Part shown: positions 7,780 to 17,229 of the stretch, piece by piece
Numbering within the stretch: the stretch's first letter is position 1
How the letters are laid out: each line of letters starts with the position of its first letter
Virus record (IMG/VR): IMGVR_UViG_3300038673_000658
Span: 1-40,905 of that record
Direction: 5' to 3' (one strand)
Source of the DNA: a virus
Lineage: Duplodnaviria > Caudoviricetes
DNA length: 40,905 bases
Notes under the pieces: model-generated
What the model was told of the DNA's origin: nothing
Databases searched by the model: none
The model's input: the letters and a program-made list of their open reading frames with translations, nothing else
Program-made: the position numbers and the translations under genes

Positions 7780-10161
7780 ATGAAACAATATACTTATTTT
7801 CCCTCCCAGAAAGTTACCACTAAGGAAAAAACTCCTGAGTGGTTTAAAGATTGTGTGAATTCAGCGGAGAAGCTTATTCTTTTGCAGACGAATTCAGAAA
7901 TGGACTTGCAGAGAAAGATGAAAGTATGGTATGACTTGTACAGGGATGTCATCAATGAGAATGAGATAATGGATGTTCTCAACCCTATGCAGTTTGATCC
8001 TGAAACATTTCCTGCCAATATTAAAAATTATCCTTTATGTTCTCCAAAGATAGACTTGATGCTGGGAGAAGAAATTAAAAGGAGATTTGACTGGTCTGTA
8101 ATATCCCGTAATGAGGATGCACATAGCAACTACTCAAAAGCAATGATGGAGGAGCTTATGAATTTTGTAGTTCAGACTATCCAGAGTGAGAGTGTTGATG
8201 AGAAACAGGCTGAAGCAAAACTTCAGTCTATAATGAAATACTATCAGTATGAATACAAGGAACTTCACGAACTAGTAGCTACAAGGATATTGCAATACTT
8301 ATGGAGGGAACAGGAGTTAAAAGAAAAGTTTTCAAAGGGATTTAAAGATGCTGTTATTGCCACAAGGGAAATATATCGTATTGATGTATATGGAGGAAAA
8401 CCAGTAGTAATAAAGTGTGATCCCAGGAATGTGTTCTCTTTAAAGAGGGGTGATTCTTATAGGATAGAGGATTCTGATATCATCGTTGAGATAACATATG
8501 AACCTATAGGAAGGGTGATAGATGAGTTTCATGAAGAGTTAAAGCCTTCTGATATTGACGATCTTGAAGCAGGATATGCCAGAGCCAGAGGTTCTTCTGA
8601 TCAGGGGGTTCTCAATCATGTAAGTGCAGACCCGGTTATCTTTTCTAACATAGGCATAGGTGGAAATATAAATGATATCAATGATGTGGGTGCTGTCATG
8701 CATACTTATGGTCTTCCCTATGATATTCAGGGGAATGTAAGGGTACTTAGAGTCAGATGGTTGTCTCGTAGAAAGTTAGGATCACTCACTTATTTTGATG
8801 AATTTGGTCAGGAACAGGTAAGATTGGTTCCTGAGAATTATAAACCTAACAAAGATTTAGGAGAACATGTCAGGTGGTTTTGGGTGAATGAAGCGTGTGA
8901 AGGTACTAAACTTGCCGATGATAAATTTGTCATGACGAGGATCAGACCAGTTCAGATGAGGCATTTTGATAATCCTTCAATGTGTTTTCTCGGATATGTA
9001 GGTACTGACTATGGTGAGTCTTTGATGGGAAGGATGGAACCTTATCAGTATATGTATGATATCTATATGACAAGACTTGAAGCTTTGCTTGCAAAGTATA
9101 AGGGACCGATATATGAGATTGACATAGCAAAGAAACCTGATGAATGGGATATTGAGCAATGGATGTACTATATGGAAGTTCTGGGGTATTCTGTCATAGA
9201 CAGTTTCAATGAAGGTAAGAAAGGACAGTCTACAGGAAAGCTTGCAGGAACATTCAATACTACGGGTAAGGTTTTGGATGCCAACATAGGTAATATTATT
9301 CAGCAATATGTCGTAATGCTGAATTTTATTGAAGATCAAGTGTCAAGGATATCAGGAATTTCAGATCAGAGGGAAGGACAAATAAGTAATCGTGAGACTG
9401 TAGGAGGTATAGAACGATCTGTTACACAAAGCGCCCACATTACTGAGAAGTGGAATTTCATGCACGATCAGACTAAAAAAAGAGTTCTTCAGGCATTATT
9501 GGATACGGCAAAACAAGTATGGTCTACAAGTAAGTCCAAGAAGCTGAATTTTATATTGGATGATATGAGCAGGATTTTCCTTGAATTTAATGGGGAAGAT
9601 TTTGCATCTTCAGAATATGATATCTTCAGTTCTAACTCTACTGAAGATCAGGAAATCAGAGATATGATGAAAGGTCTTGCACAAGCTGCTGTACAGGGAG
9701 GCGCATCCTTACTTCTGCCAGTGAAAATTCTTAAGTCAGATTCTATAGCGGATATGACTAAGAAATTAGAGGCTGATGAGAAGGAAAGAATGGAAAGACA
9801 AGATCAGATGGAAAAGGCAAAGATGGATTCCGCTGAAAGAATGAAAGCTCAGGAAATAGAAATCCTTGATAAGAAAATACAACTTGAAAGATATAAGGCA
9901 GACCTTGCATCATACACTTCTATAAAAGTTGCTACAATACAAAGTGAATCTTCACAAGAAGAGGTAGAACCTCCAGAGATGGAAGATAATAGTCTTGAAG
10001 TAGAGAAATTGAATTTACAGAGAAGTAAGCAATCTCTGGAACAGAAAAAAGCAAAGAGTCAGACAGAACTTCAAAATAAAGCTCTTGAGGAAACAATACG
10101 GCATAATAAAGCCACCGAAACAATAAGCAGGAATAAGCCAGTTTCAAGACCCAAGAAATAG
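7780..10161 (+). CDS. portal protein
   Basis: ATG at 7780 preferred to TTG at 7762; FPSQK, IKNYPLCSPKIDLMLGEE, SGISDQREGQI...ETVGG, acidic/coiled-coil tail; follows TerL as in crAss-like phages. Confidence 0.92.
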   Translation: MKQYTYFPSQKVTTKEKTPEWFKDCVNSAEKLILLQTNSEMDLQRKMKVWYDLYRDVINENEIMDVLNPMQFDPETFPANIKNYPLCSPKIDLMLGEEIKRRFDWSVISRNEDAHSNYSKAMMEELMNFVVQTIQSESVDEKQAEAKLQSIMKYYQYEYKELHELVATRILQYLWREQELKEKFSKGFKDAVIATREIYRIDVYGGKPVVIKCDPRNVFSLKRGDSYRIEDSDIIVEITYEPIGRVIDEFHEELKPSDIDDLEAGYARARGSSDQGVLNHVSADPVIFSNIGIGGNINDINDVGAVMHTYGLPYDIQGNVRVLRVRWLSRRKLGSLTYFDEFGQEQVRLVPENYKPNKDLGEHVRWFWVNEACEGTKLADDKFVMTRIRPVQMRHFDNPSMCFLGYVGTDYGESLMGRMEPYQYMYDIYMTRLEALLAKYKGPIYEIDIAKKPDEWDIEQWMYYMEVLGYSVIDSFNEGKKGQSTGKLAGTFNTTGKVLDANIGNIIQQYVVMLNFIEDQVSRISGISDQREGQISNRETVGGIERSVTQSAHITEKWNFMHDQTKKRVLQALLDTAKQVWSTSKSKKLNFILDDMSRIFLEFNGEDFASSEYDIFSSNSTEDQEIRDMMKGLAQAAVQGGASLLLPVKILKSDSIADMTKKLEADEKERMERQDQMEKAKMDSAERMKAQEIEILDKKIQLERYKADLASYTSIKVATIQSESSQEEVEPPEMEDNSLEVEKLNLQRSKQSLEQKKAKSQTELQNKALEETIRHNKATETISRNKPVSRPKK

Positions 10162-10164
10162 TAT

Positions 10165-10353
10165 ATGATCAAAGTATCTGATGCAGAATACATAAATTAT
10201 GATCATGTAGTAAAAGTATCTAAAGATAAGGGCAATCTGAGGATACTTTTTTCTACTGGTGAAAGTGAAATAATATATGATGAGAGCCAGGTGAATTTTG
10301 TTATGAAGCAAATACAGGAACTTCATCATAAAACAATACATAAAAATGGATAA
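10165..10353 (+). CDS. hypothetical protein
   Basis: 62 aa filling the gap between portal and exonuclease. Confidence 0.65.
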   Translation: MIKVSDAEYINYDHVVKVSKDKGNLRILFSTGESEIIYDESQVNFVMKQIQELHHKTIHKNG

Positions 10354-11293
10354 GGAGATACAAGCGTTAGTAGAGAAATTTTTAGAGAAACCTTATTTCC
10401 TTGATATGGGAAAAGGTCTTCTATCAAGATTATTCAATGCTCCTATAGAGAGCATAAGAGAGGCGAAAGTCCTTGCCAGACAGAAGAGAAAATCTATACA
10501 GATATTCTCTGACTTACCTAAGATTCTTTTATTGGATATTGAGACAGCACCTATGGCGGCATGGGTTTGGGGCAGATGGAAACAGAACATTCATCTTGAA
10601 CAGACTATGGCAGAATGGTTCATATTAACATGGTCTGCAAAATGGTTTTTATCTGCGGATATGCTTTCTGATAAACTCACTCCTTCTGAAGTAATAAATC
10701 AGGATGATAAAAGAATAATGCGACCTCTTTGGGATTTAATCAATGATGCTGATATAATCATAGGTCATAATTGTGATGCATTTGATGTTCCGAAGATAAA
10801 TTCAAGATTTCTTCTTAATGGATTTCCACCTCCATCTCCTTACAGGACTATAGATACAAAGCTTATATCAGCAAAGCAATTTGGCTTTAGTTCAAACAAG
10901 TTGGATGCACTGGCGGAATATTTTGGTTTTGATAAGAAACTTCCTATCACTATGGAGTTATGGACTAGATGTATGAAAGGTGATTTGGAAGCACTTAAAT
11001 ATATGGAAGTATATAACCGTAAAGATGTACAGGTACTTGAAGAGGTATATATTAAACTCAGACCATGGATGAAAAGTCATCCTAATTCAGGAATGTATAG
11101 GGACGATGATGTTACAGTATGCTCTGCTTGCGGTAGTATTGATGTATCACTTATAGAGGATAGGTTTTATTATACACAGGTTGGTAAGTATCCCGTATAC
11201 AGATGTGCAGATTGTGGGGCTATATCAAGAGGGAGAAAGACAACAATTGATAGAGAGAAGAACAAAAAGATGGTTACTTCTATACCTAGATAA
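10346..11293 (+). CDS. DEDD (RNase H-like) 3'-5' exonuclease with C-terminal Zn ribbon
   Basis: ExoI LLLDIET, ExoII GHNCDAFD, ExoIII YNRKDV; CSACG...CADCG. Confidence 0.88.
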   Translation: MDKEIQALVEKFLEKPYFLDMGKGLLSRLFNAPIESIREAKVLARQKRKSIQIFSDLPKILLLDIETAPMAAWVWGRWKQNIHLEQTMAEWFILTWSAKWFLSADMLSDKLTPSEVINQDDKRIMRPLWDLINDADIIIGHNCDAFDVPKINSRFLLNGFPPPSPYRTIDTKLISAKQFGFSSNKLDALAEYFGFDKKLPITMELWTRCMKGDLEALKYMEVYNRKDVQVLEEVYIKLRPWMKSHPNSGMYRDDDVTVCSACGSIDVSLIEDRFYYTQVGKYPVYRCADCGAISRGRKTTIDREKNKKMVTSIPR

Positions 11294-11333
11294 GGTGCAA
11301 AGTTTATAGTAAATTTAATTAGAGCTTCTAAAA

Positions 11334-11365
11334 TTTGGCAGTTATTGTATTAGGGTTTAAATTTG
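11334..11365 (+). promoter_or_regulatory. sigma-A promoter of capsid operon
   Basis: TTTG (11334-11337), 20-nt spacer, TAAATTTG (11358-11365). Confidence 0.8.
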
Positions 11366-11388
11366 TATAGAATTTAGCAGTTAGTATT

Positions 11389-12558
11389 ATGGAAAAAGAG
11401 TTTGACGAAAGTAATGATTCTCCTTTTGGGGATTTCGATCTGACAAGTCTTAGTGATTTGGCAGAGTTCGTAGATGAGGAAAACACTCAGCAGGTGAATA
11501 CTCAGAACGAAGAGACTAATGAAGAGAGTTCTAACGATGATGAGCAGTTTCCTTTTCAATCAGATGATGAGGAGACAGATGAGCAGGAAACGGATGAGCA
11601 AGAAAGTAATAAAGAAAAACCTGGAGACCCTTCTTCTCAAGATAAGGACAAGTCTCAAAAGTTTCCTCTTACTCCATATGCTAAATTGTTAGTAGAAGAA
11701 GGTGTTCTCCAGGATTTTGATATTGAAAATTTTGATGGTACGGCAGATGGTTTGATAAATGCCTTTAGAGGTCAAGTAGCTAAACAGGTGGATGAGTATA
11801 AGAATACTCTTGATCCACGAATTAAATGGCTACAGGACAATATAGAGGAAGGAGTCCCACTGGAAGCTTTACTAAGATTAGATAAAGAAAAAATTCAGTT
11901 CTCATCACTTACTGATAAAGATATTGAAGAAAATGCTGATCTCCAGAAGAACATTGCAAGGGAGTACTTTAGAAGGACTACCAACGGATGGTCTGAAGCA
12001 AGGATTGAAAAAGAAATCAAGCGTCTTGATGACATGGGTGATTTGAAGGATGAATCAAAAGAGTTCTTTGAAGAATTGAAAACTTTCTCTGCGCAGGAAG
12101 AAGAATATCTTAAGCAACAGGCTAAAAGAGAAACTGAAGAAGCAGTAAAAAAACAAAAGGATATTCTTGATAACTTTAAGCGTAAACTTGAAGATACAAA
12201 AGAGATAATCCCCGGTACTGAAGTTTCTAAACAGGTGAAGGAGAGCATTTATAAAGTCCTTACTACTGCTGTAGCTTATGATGAGGTAGGCACTCCTTTG
12301 AATGCGATAGCTAAGGCAAGAGCTGAGAATCCTCTTGAATTTGAGATGAACCTTGCTTATATCTTTGAAATAACCAAAGGATTTAAAGACTGGTCTCAGC
12401 TTGTTTCTACAGGCAAGAAAAAAGCCATTAAGGAATTTGAGGAGGCTGCAGCAAGACTTGATGTTCAGAAATCAGGAGGTATGTATCGGGATGATACTGC
12501 AAGTACGAGAAAGACTAATGAGATTCTTGAAGGAATGAAACTCTTTGGTAAAAGATAA
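11389..12558 (+). CDS. scaffold-like protein preceding MCP (conserved crAss-like gene)
   Basis: very acidic disordered N-terminus, helical remainder, immediately upstream of MCP. Confidence 0.7.
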   Translation: MEKEFDESNDSPFGDFDLTSLSDLAEFVDEENTQQVNTQNEETNEESSNDDEQFPFQSDDEETDEQETDEQESNKEKPGDPSSQDKDKSQKFPLTPYAKLLVEEGVLQDFDIENFDGTADGLINAFRGQVAKQVDEYKNTLDPRIKWLQDNIEEGVPLEALLRLDKEKIQFSSLTDKDIEENADLQKNIAREYFRRTTNGWSEARIEKEIKRLDDMGDLKDESKEFFEELKTFSAQEEEYLKQQAKRETEEAVKKQKDILDNFKRKLEDTKEIIPGTEVSKQVKESIYKVLTTAVAYDEVGTPLNAIAKARAENPLEFEMNLAYIFEITKGFKDWSQLVSTGKKKAIKEFEEAAARLDVQKSGGMYRDDTASTRKTNEILEGMKLFGKR

Positions 12559-12585
12559 ACGAACCTTTTTTTAATGTAAAATAAT

Positions 12586-14118
12586 ATGGCACTTTTAAAA
12601 GCGACATTACCTACTATTAAGTACGAAGGAAAAGACTGGTCAGGATTGACTACCAGTAATAACCTTGGGTACTTGTTTGGCGAACAGCCAATCCGTGTTT
12701 CTAATTTTATTGATACCCTTTATAAAGTATCCCTCGGTGATGACCTCATCGCAAGGATGAATGGGTATCCTGTTCTCTACCTTGATGATGACCGTGAGTA
12801 TGAATGGATGCTGATGGGTGCTGATGGCAAGAATGTTCCTCTTGTATCTGCTACCGATTTGGCTGGAAATGCATTCACCGGAGCATCTACCGCAGGTAAA
12901 TGGGGTGATAAGTTCTATATGACTTTTGGAGAAAAAATATTTTCCAAAACCCATGTCATTGTAGGCAATAAACCTGATTTGTATCACCTTTTGGTTACTG
13001 ACGAACCCGCTCAGGTTGGGGCTAATTTCCGTTATGTAGTACAGTTAGTTACTGACAACGCTGAAACTTTCATTCCTCATACTGAATTGGCTGCAGGAAC
13101 AAGGTGGTCTGTTGATTATTCCTTGTCTACTCAGACCCTCAGTAACACTGGTTCTGACATTAGCTTTACTTCTCCGTTCTTGATGACCAACCGTATCTCT
13201 ATGATTCGTAAGAAACATACTGTTCCCGGTGATATGATCAATAAGGGTAAGAATGAGCCTGTTCAGTTCCTGTGGCAGTATGCTAACAAGAGTGGTCAGA
13301 CTACGACTTTCAAAACTTGGTTGAATCGTCTGGATTGGGAATTTGATCGTCAGTTCCGTCTTGAGAAAGCTCGTCTGCTTATGTTTGGAAAATCCAATCG
13401 TAGGGCTGATGGTTCCTATGGCAACATTGGTGACAGTGGATATGAGATCAAAGCTGGTATGAGTTTGCGTGAGCAGATTTCTCCTTCCAATATTTTGTAT
13501 TACACCCAGTTTAATATTGAAACCCTTGTGGATTTTGCCCTGAGTCTTTCTGTTGGAAAACTTCCCGAGGATGCTCGTAGGTTTGTAATCGGTACTGGTG
13601 AACATGGTCTTAAGATGGTTTCCCGTGCAATTGAACAGTACGCAGGTGCTGCCGCTATTAAGGGAACCAATGATAATGGTCTGCAATGGAATCGTATGAA
13701 TACCATCAGTGGTGTCAATAAAGCATCCTTTACCCGTCCTCAGTTCAACATGTTGGCTGATATCAATGGACTGAGGTTTGAATTTATGCATATCCCTGAG
13801 TATGATGATCCTGTTCGTAACAAGCTGTATCATCCTGATGGAGGTTTGCTTGAGTCTTACCGACTGACTATTATGGACTTTGGTACTCAGAGTGGTAACC
13901 CGAACATTCAGCTTGTCCGTGTTAAGGGCAATGAGGAAGTGTTTGGTTATGAGCCTGGACTTCGTGATCCTTATAGTCCTTCTGGAAAGGCTAGGTCTCC
14001 GAAGATTATGGCTAGTGGTGTTGACGGTTATGTAATTCACCGTGCAGACTGGTGTGGTGTTAAAGTTCACAATCCCCTGCGTATGGGTGAGTGGATTCCT
14101 GACTACTACCAACTTTAA
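12586..14118 (+). CDS. major capsid protein
   Basis: 510 aa; WSGLTTSNNLG, EYEWML, GMSLREQI, TGEHG motifs recognisable from crAss-like MCPs; biased high-expression codon use; followed by terminator. Confidence 0.92.
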   Translation: MALLKATLPTIKYEGKDWSGLTTSNNLGYLFGEQPIRVSNFIDTLYKVSLGDDLIARMNGYPVLYLDDDREYEWMLMGADGKNVPLVSATDLAGNAFTGASTAGKWGDKFYMTFGEKIFSKTHVIVGNKPDLYHLLVTDEPAQVGANFRYVVQLVTDNAETFIPHTELAAGTRWSVDYSLSTQTLSNTGSDISFTSPFLMTNRISMIRKKHTVPGDMINKGKNEPVQFLWQYANKSGQTTTFKTWLNRLDWEFDRQFRLEKARLLMFGKSNRRADGSYGNIGDSGYEIKAGMSLREQISPSNILYYTQFNIETLVDFALSLSVGKLPEDARRFVIGTGEHGLKMVSRAIEQYAGAAAIKGTNDNGLQWNRMNTISGVNKASFTRPQFNMLADINGLRFEFMHIPEYDDPVRNKLYHPDGGLLESYRLTIMDFGTQSGNPNIQLVRVKGNEEVFGYEPGLRDPYSPSGKARSPKIMASGVDGYVIHRADWCGVKVHNPLRMGEWIPDYYQL

Positions 14119-14128
14119 ATAAAACTCA

Positions 14129-14158
14129 AAAGGGAAGGGGATGATACCTCTTCCCTTT
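14129..14158 (+). terminator. intrinsic terminator/hairpin after MCP
   Basis: AAAGGGAAGGGG / CCTCTTCCCTTT. Confidence 0.75.
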
Positions 14159-14178
14159 AATTAACAATTTAGCGGAAT

Positions 14179-15063
14179 ATGGAGAAAGTAATGACAAGTA
14201 ATGAAGAAGTTCTTTCTATATTGGAAGACAGAAAGATTAGAGTAGAACCTGTTGTAAGAGGCAGAGGATTTTTTAAACCGGGACATGACGGAGAGTTTAT
14301 GTTCACAGGATGTTGGAAATATCTTGGTTTACCTATTAATCTCAGGACTAATACTTATGTAAGTCCTTTCAAATCAAATGAAGAACGCAAAATGTTTGAA
14401 AGAGAAATGGGTCTTGCAGAAGGTACTCTGATAACTTCTAATCGAAAATCAAAATTCTGGGGTGAGTATAAAATTATGCTTGGTAAAGAACCTTTGGATT
14501 TAGATTTGATGGAAGTGGATCATGCTCTTAAGTACAGGATTTTAATGGTTCATCCTAAGGTTGCAAAACAGAATGAGGATGCCCAGGGAAATCTTGAGTT
14601 TCAATACAGGTTGGTTGATGAGAGATATCAGGAAGAACAATATTCTAAATTATCTTTGCGTAAGTCAGAAGCCTATACGGAACTCAATAAACTCTCAAGG
14701 TCTAAGAAACAGATGATTGATACCTTAAGATTACTGAATATCAATATGTCGGAAGCAAGTTCAGAAAAAGCTTTAAAAGCAAGATTGGCTCAGATCATTG
14801 AAGAACCAGCTTCCAATCGTGGTGGAGGAGTTAAGACCATTGAAGATTTTATGAATGTGGTGAGTGATCCTCAAGCTTTGAACAAGTTGTTTGTATTGGA
14901 TGCCATTGATTTTGGAGAAATTAAAATTCTGTCTGGTGATTATAGACTTGCAGAGACAAACCAGCTTATAGGAAAATCCCTTCAGGGAGCTGTAGATTGG
15001 TTTAGTGATCTTGGTAATCAGGAGACAAAACTGTTAATACAGGAAAGATTAAAGACTAAGTAA
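14179..15063 (+). CDS. conserved crAss-like protein downstream of MCP
   Basis: synteny; 294 aa; SKFW...LDLDL pattern. Confidence 0.7.
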   Translation: MEKVMTSNEEVLSILEDRKIRVEPVVRGRGFFKPGHDGEFMFTGCWKYLGLPINLRTNTYVSPFKSNEERKMFEREMGLAEGTLITSNRKSKFWGEYKIMLGKEPLDLDLMEVDHALKYRILMVHPKVAKQNEDAQGNLEFQYRLVDERYQEEQYSKLSLRKSEAYTELNKLSRSKKQMIDTLRLLNINMSEASSEKALKARLAQIIEEPASNRGGGVKTIEDFMNVVSDPQALNKLFVLDAIDFGEIKILSGDYRLAETNQLIGKSLQGAVDWFSDLGNQETKLLIQERLKTK

Positions 15064-15074
15064 CTGAATATCAG

Positions 15075-15809
15075 ATGCTTGCAAACGAAATGAAATTTAA
15101 TTTTATGTTGAAGTATGATGCTCTCTTTGAGTTTTCAGCTCCGGCATATGATGATAGGCAGATAAGTTATCTTCTTACAGCTGCTCAGAACAGGGTTTTT
15201 CTGGATAGGTATTATGCTCCTTCAGATAAATATAAGAAAGGTTTTGAATCTGATGAAAAGAGGCGCAAAGACCTTGAGCAACTTATTAAGACAGCAAGTA
15301 TAGGAGAAGCCACAATAGCTAAAGTAACTGTTACTGATATTCATCCGAATGGACAGATGGTCACTTTACCTTTGAATTTTCTCTATCCTATAGAGGAGTC
15401 GGCTAAATTAACTGGAAGCACCACTTGGATTCCTGTAAAACCTGTAAGGCACGATGAATATGTTGCGAATATCAATAATCCTTATAAGAAACCTTATTCA
15501 AACCTTGTATGGAGAATGGATTACAGTCGTGGTACTGATCCTACAGGAACTACAGAACCTGCCACAATAGCTAAGAGAGTGGAGTTGATACATGATGGAA
15601 CAGGCTTGGCTGACTATAGAGTAAGATATTTAAGGATGCCTCCTGAAATAGTGGTGGATGAATATACTCCTGCTAATCAAGTACATTGTGTTCTGGATGA
15701 AATACTACACGATACTATAGTTGATGAAGCGGTAAAAATTGCGAAAGCTGCTGTTAAACCGGAAGAATATCAAATATCCGCAGTTGAAAAAGATAGCGGT
15801 GATGATTAA
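15075..15809 (+). CDS. head-tail connector/ring protein
   Basis: ISYLLTAAQ, GFESDEKRRKDL, YRVRYLRMP, CVLDEILHDTIVDEAVKIA; synteny. Confidence 0.7.
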   Translation: MLANEMKFNFMLKYDALFEFSAPAYDDRQISYLLTAAQNRVFLDRYYAPSDKYKKGFESDEKRRKDLEQLIKTASIGEATIAKVTVTDIHPNGQMVTLPLNFLYPIEESAKLTGSTTWIPVKPVRHDEYVANINNPYKKPYSNLVWRMDYSRGTDPTGTTEPATIAKRVELIHDGTGLADYRVRYLRMPPEIVVDEYTPANQVHCVLDEILHDTIVDEAVKIAKAAVKPEEYQISAVEKDSGDD

Positions 15810-15854
15810 TAAATAAGTAAATAAATAAATGTTTAATTTTAAAAATCAATTGAA

Positions 15855-17090
15855 ATGATTGCACAAAACAATGTGACTCATCTTTTTGTGGGTAAAGATG
15901 TTACCCCTACTACTGGAAGCCGTGATGCTCTTAGTACAGGACAGTTGGGGATATTCAAGAATGGTGCTACTTCTGGCAACAATGATGCTCTTACTGCTGG
16001 AGATAGGTTTATGGTTGCTTTCAAGGATGCTAATGGGCAGGTTCTCATGAGTCCTGAAATCAAGTATGATAACATCTATTCTAAGAACAAAACTGACTAT
16101 GCCGCTGCTGCTCAGAAAGTTGCTTATGTGGGATACAATGGTACCAGCGGTTCTATTACCGTAGGTAATTCTGATATTTATATTCTAAGGGTTGTATTGC
16201 AAGACCCTACTCGTACTCTTGCGGAACATCCTTTGTATGAATATGCAGAATATACTTCTGATGCTGCTGCTACTCAGAGAGAAATTGCTGAAGGACTTAT
16301 TGAAAATGCTGTTTATAACTTTACTTCTCTGAAACCCAGGAAAGTAACTGTTGTACAGCCTAGCCTTGTATGCAGTTCTCCTACTAATTCAGGTGATGAC
16401 TTTGTAGGCAACTTTATTGTTGTCAATGGGAGTAAGTATGCTACAGCCGCTAATAGCGGACAGTATGCTACAAATACTAACATTGTCGTTGGGGATTATG
16501 TAAGGGTTGGTGCAACTGCCACTACTGCTGTTGCCCTTACTTCTAATGTTTATAAGATTGTAAGTATTAGTGGTACTACTACCAAAACTATTGAGTTTGA
16601 TCGCCCTATCGTAGAAGCTTCCGGCACTTATTTCAGTGGCAACTACACTCAGGTTATTCCTACGGCTACTGTAGATAATGCAGCTTTTGGTATTAAACTG
16701 ACCGGGGTAGCTTTGCCGTTTGAAGTCGGTAAAGTGAAATACGGAGTTCTTGATTTTGAAGTTGTCCTGAATGAAGCTTTTGATGCAACTGTTATTACTG
16801 AATCTGTTGCTCCTAGTAAGGGTTCTGGTACTTATCAGGAAATTGCTGAACTGGAAGCTTTCCTGAGTGGTAACAGGGGTGAAACTTATAGGGTTGCTTC
16901 ATATCCTGTTAGCAAACTTCCGAATGCTACTGTTGGAGATACCTATAATATGATTGTCATTCATTATTATAATGATGACACTCAGGGTTTGGACAGGAAT
17001 GTCAGGACTTATGGTACTTTGATGATTGCAACTGATGCTGATAGCAGCGGTACTCCCTATGCTACTTTGCAGACTGTATTTGGACTTTAA
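15855..17090 (+). CDS. abundant structural protein, probably auxiliary capsid protein
   Basis: QNNVTHLFVG start and GSGTYQEIAELE...GNRG motif; high-expression codon bias; followed by terminator. Confidence 0.65.
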   Translation: MIAQNNVTHLFVGKDVTPTTGSRDALSTGQLGIFKNGATSGNNDALTAGDRFMVAFKDANGQVLMSPEIKYDNIYSKNKTDYAAAAQKVAYVGYNGTSGSITVGNSDIYILRVVLQDPTRTLAEHPLYEYAEYTSDAAATQREIAEGLIENAVYNFTSLKPRKVTVVQPSLVCSSPTNSGDDFVGNFIVVNGSKYATAANSGQYATNTNIVVGDYVRVGATATTAVALTSNVYKIVSISGTTTKTIEFDRPIVEASGTYFSGNYTQVIPTATVDNAAFGIKLTGVALPFEVGKVKYGVLDFEVVLNEAFDATVITESVAPSKGSGTYQEIAELEAFLSGNRGETYRVASYPVSKLPNATVGDTYNMIVIHYYNDDTQGLDRNVRTYGTLMIATDADSSGTPYATLQTVFGL

Positions 17091-17108
17091 TCTTTAAAGG
17101 ATGAAAAT

Positions 17109-17146
17109 ATAAACCCACTTAGGTAATCCTGAGTGGGTTTATTTTT
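17109..17146 (+). terminator. intrinsic terminator
   Basis: ATAAACCCACTTAGG-TAAT-CCTGAGTGGGTTTAT then T-run. Confidence 0.88.
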
Positions 17147-17172
17147 AAAAAGCTTATAGAGAAAATTGATTT

Positions 17173-17204
17173 TTTGTTTTTCTCTATAATTTAACTTATA
17201 TTTG
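17173..17204 (+). promoter_or_regulatory. sigma-A promoter of fibre cluster, overlapped by 12-bp inverted repeat
   Basis: TTTG (17173-17176), 20-nt spacer, TATATTTG (17197-17204); IR 17154-17165/17178-17189. Confidence 0.8.
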
Positions 17205-17229
17205 TGAATTATATTTAAATATAAAAGAA

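Noticed and set aside
10159-10167. Amber recoding/readthrough (portal TAG is in frame with the next ATG; some crAss-like phages reassign TAG or TGA)
   Set aside because: All large genes are intact in code 11, the other TAG stops (24684, 40593) are soon followed by in-frame TAA, and no suppressor tRNA is seen
13045-14112. 355-aa antisense ORF over the MCP, and other antisense ORFs in the track
   Set aside because: Explained by codon bias of the sense genes; no promoter or protein-like motifs
11371-14175. Shared AATTTAGC(A/G)G just upstream of starts at 11389 and 14179
   Set aside because: Two occurrences of a short AT-rich word are not distinguishable from chance without homologues
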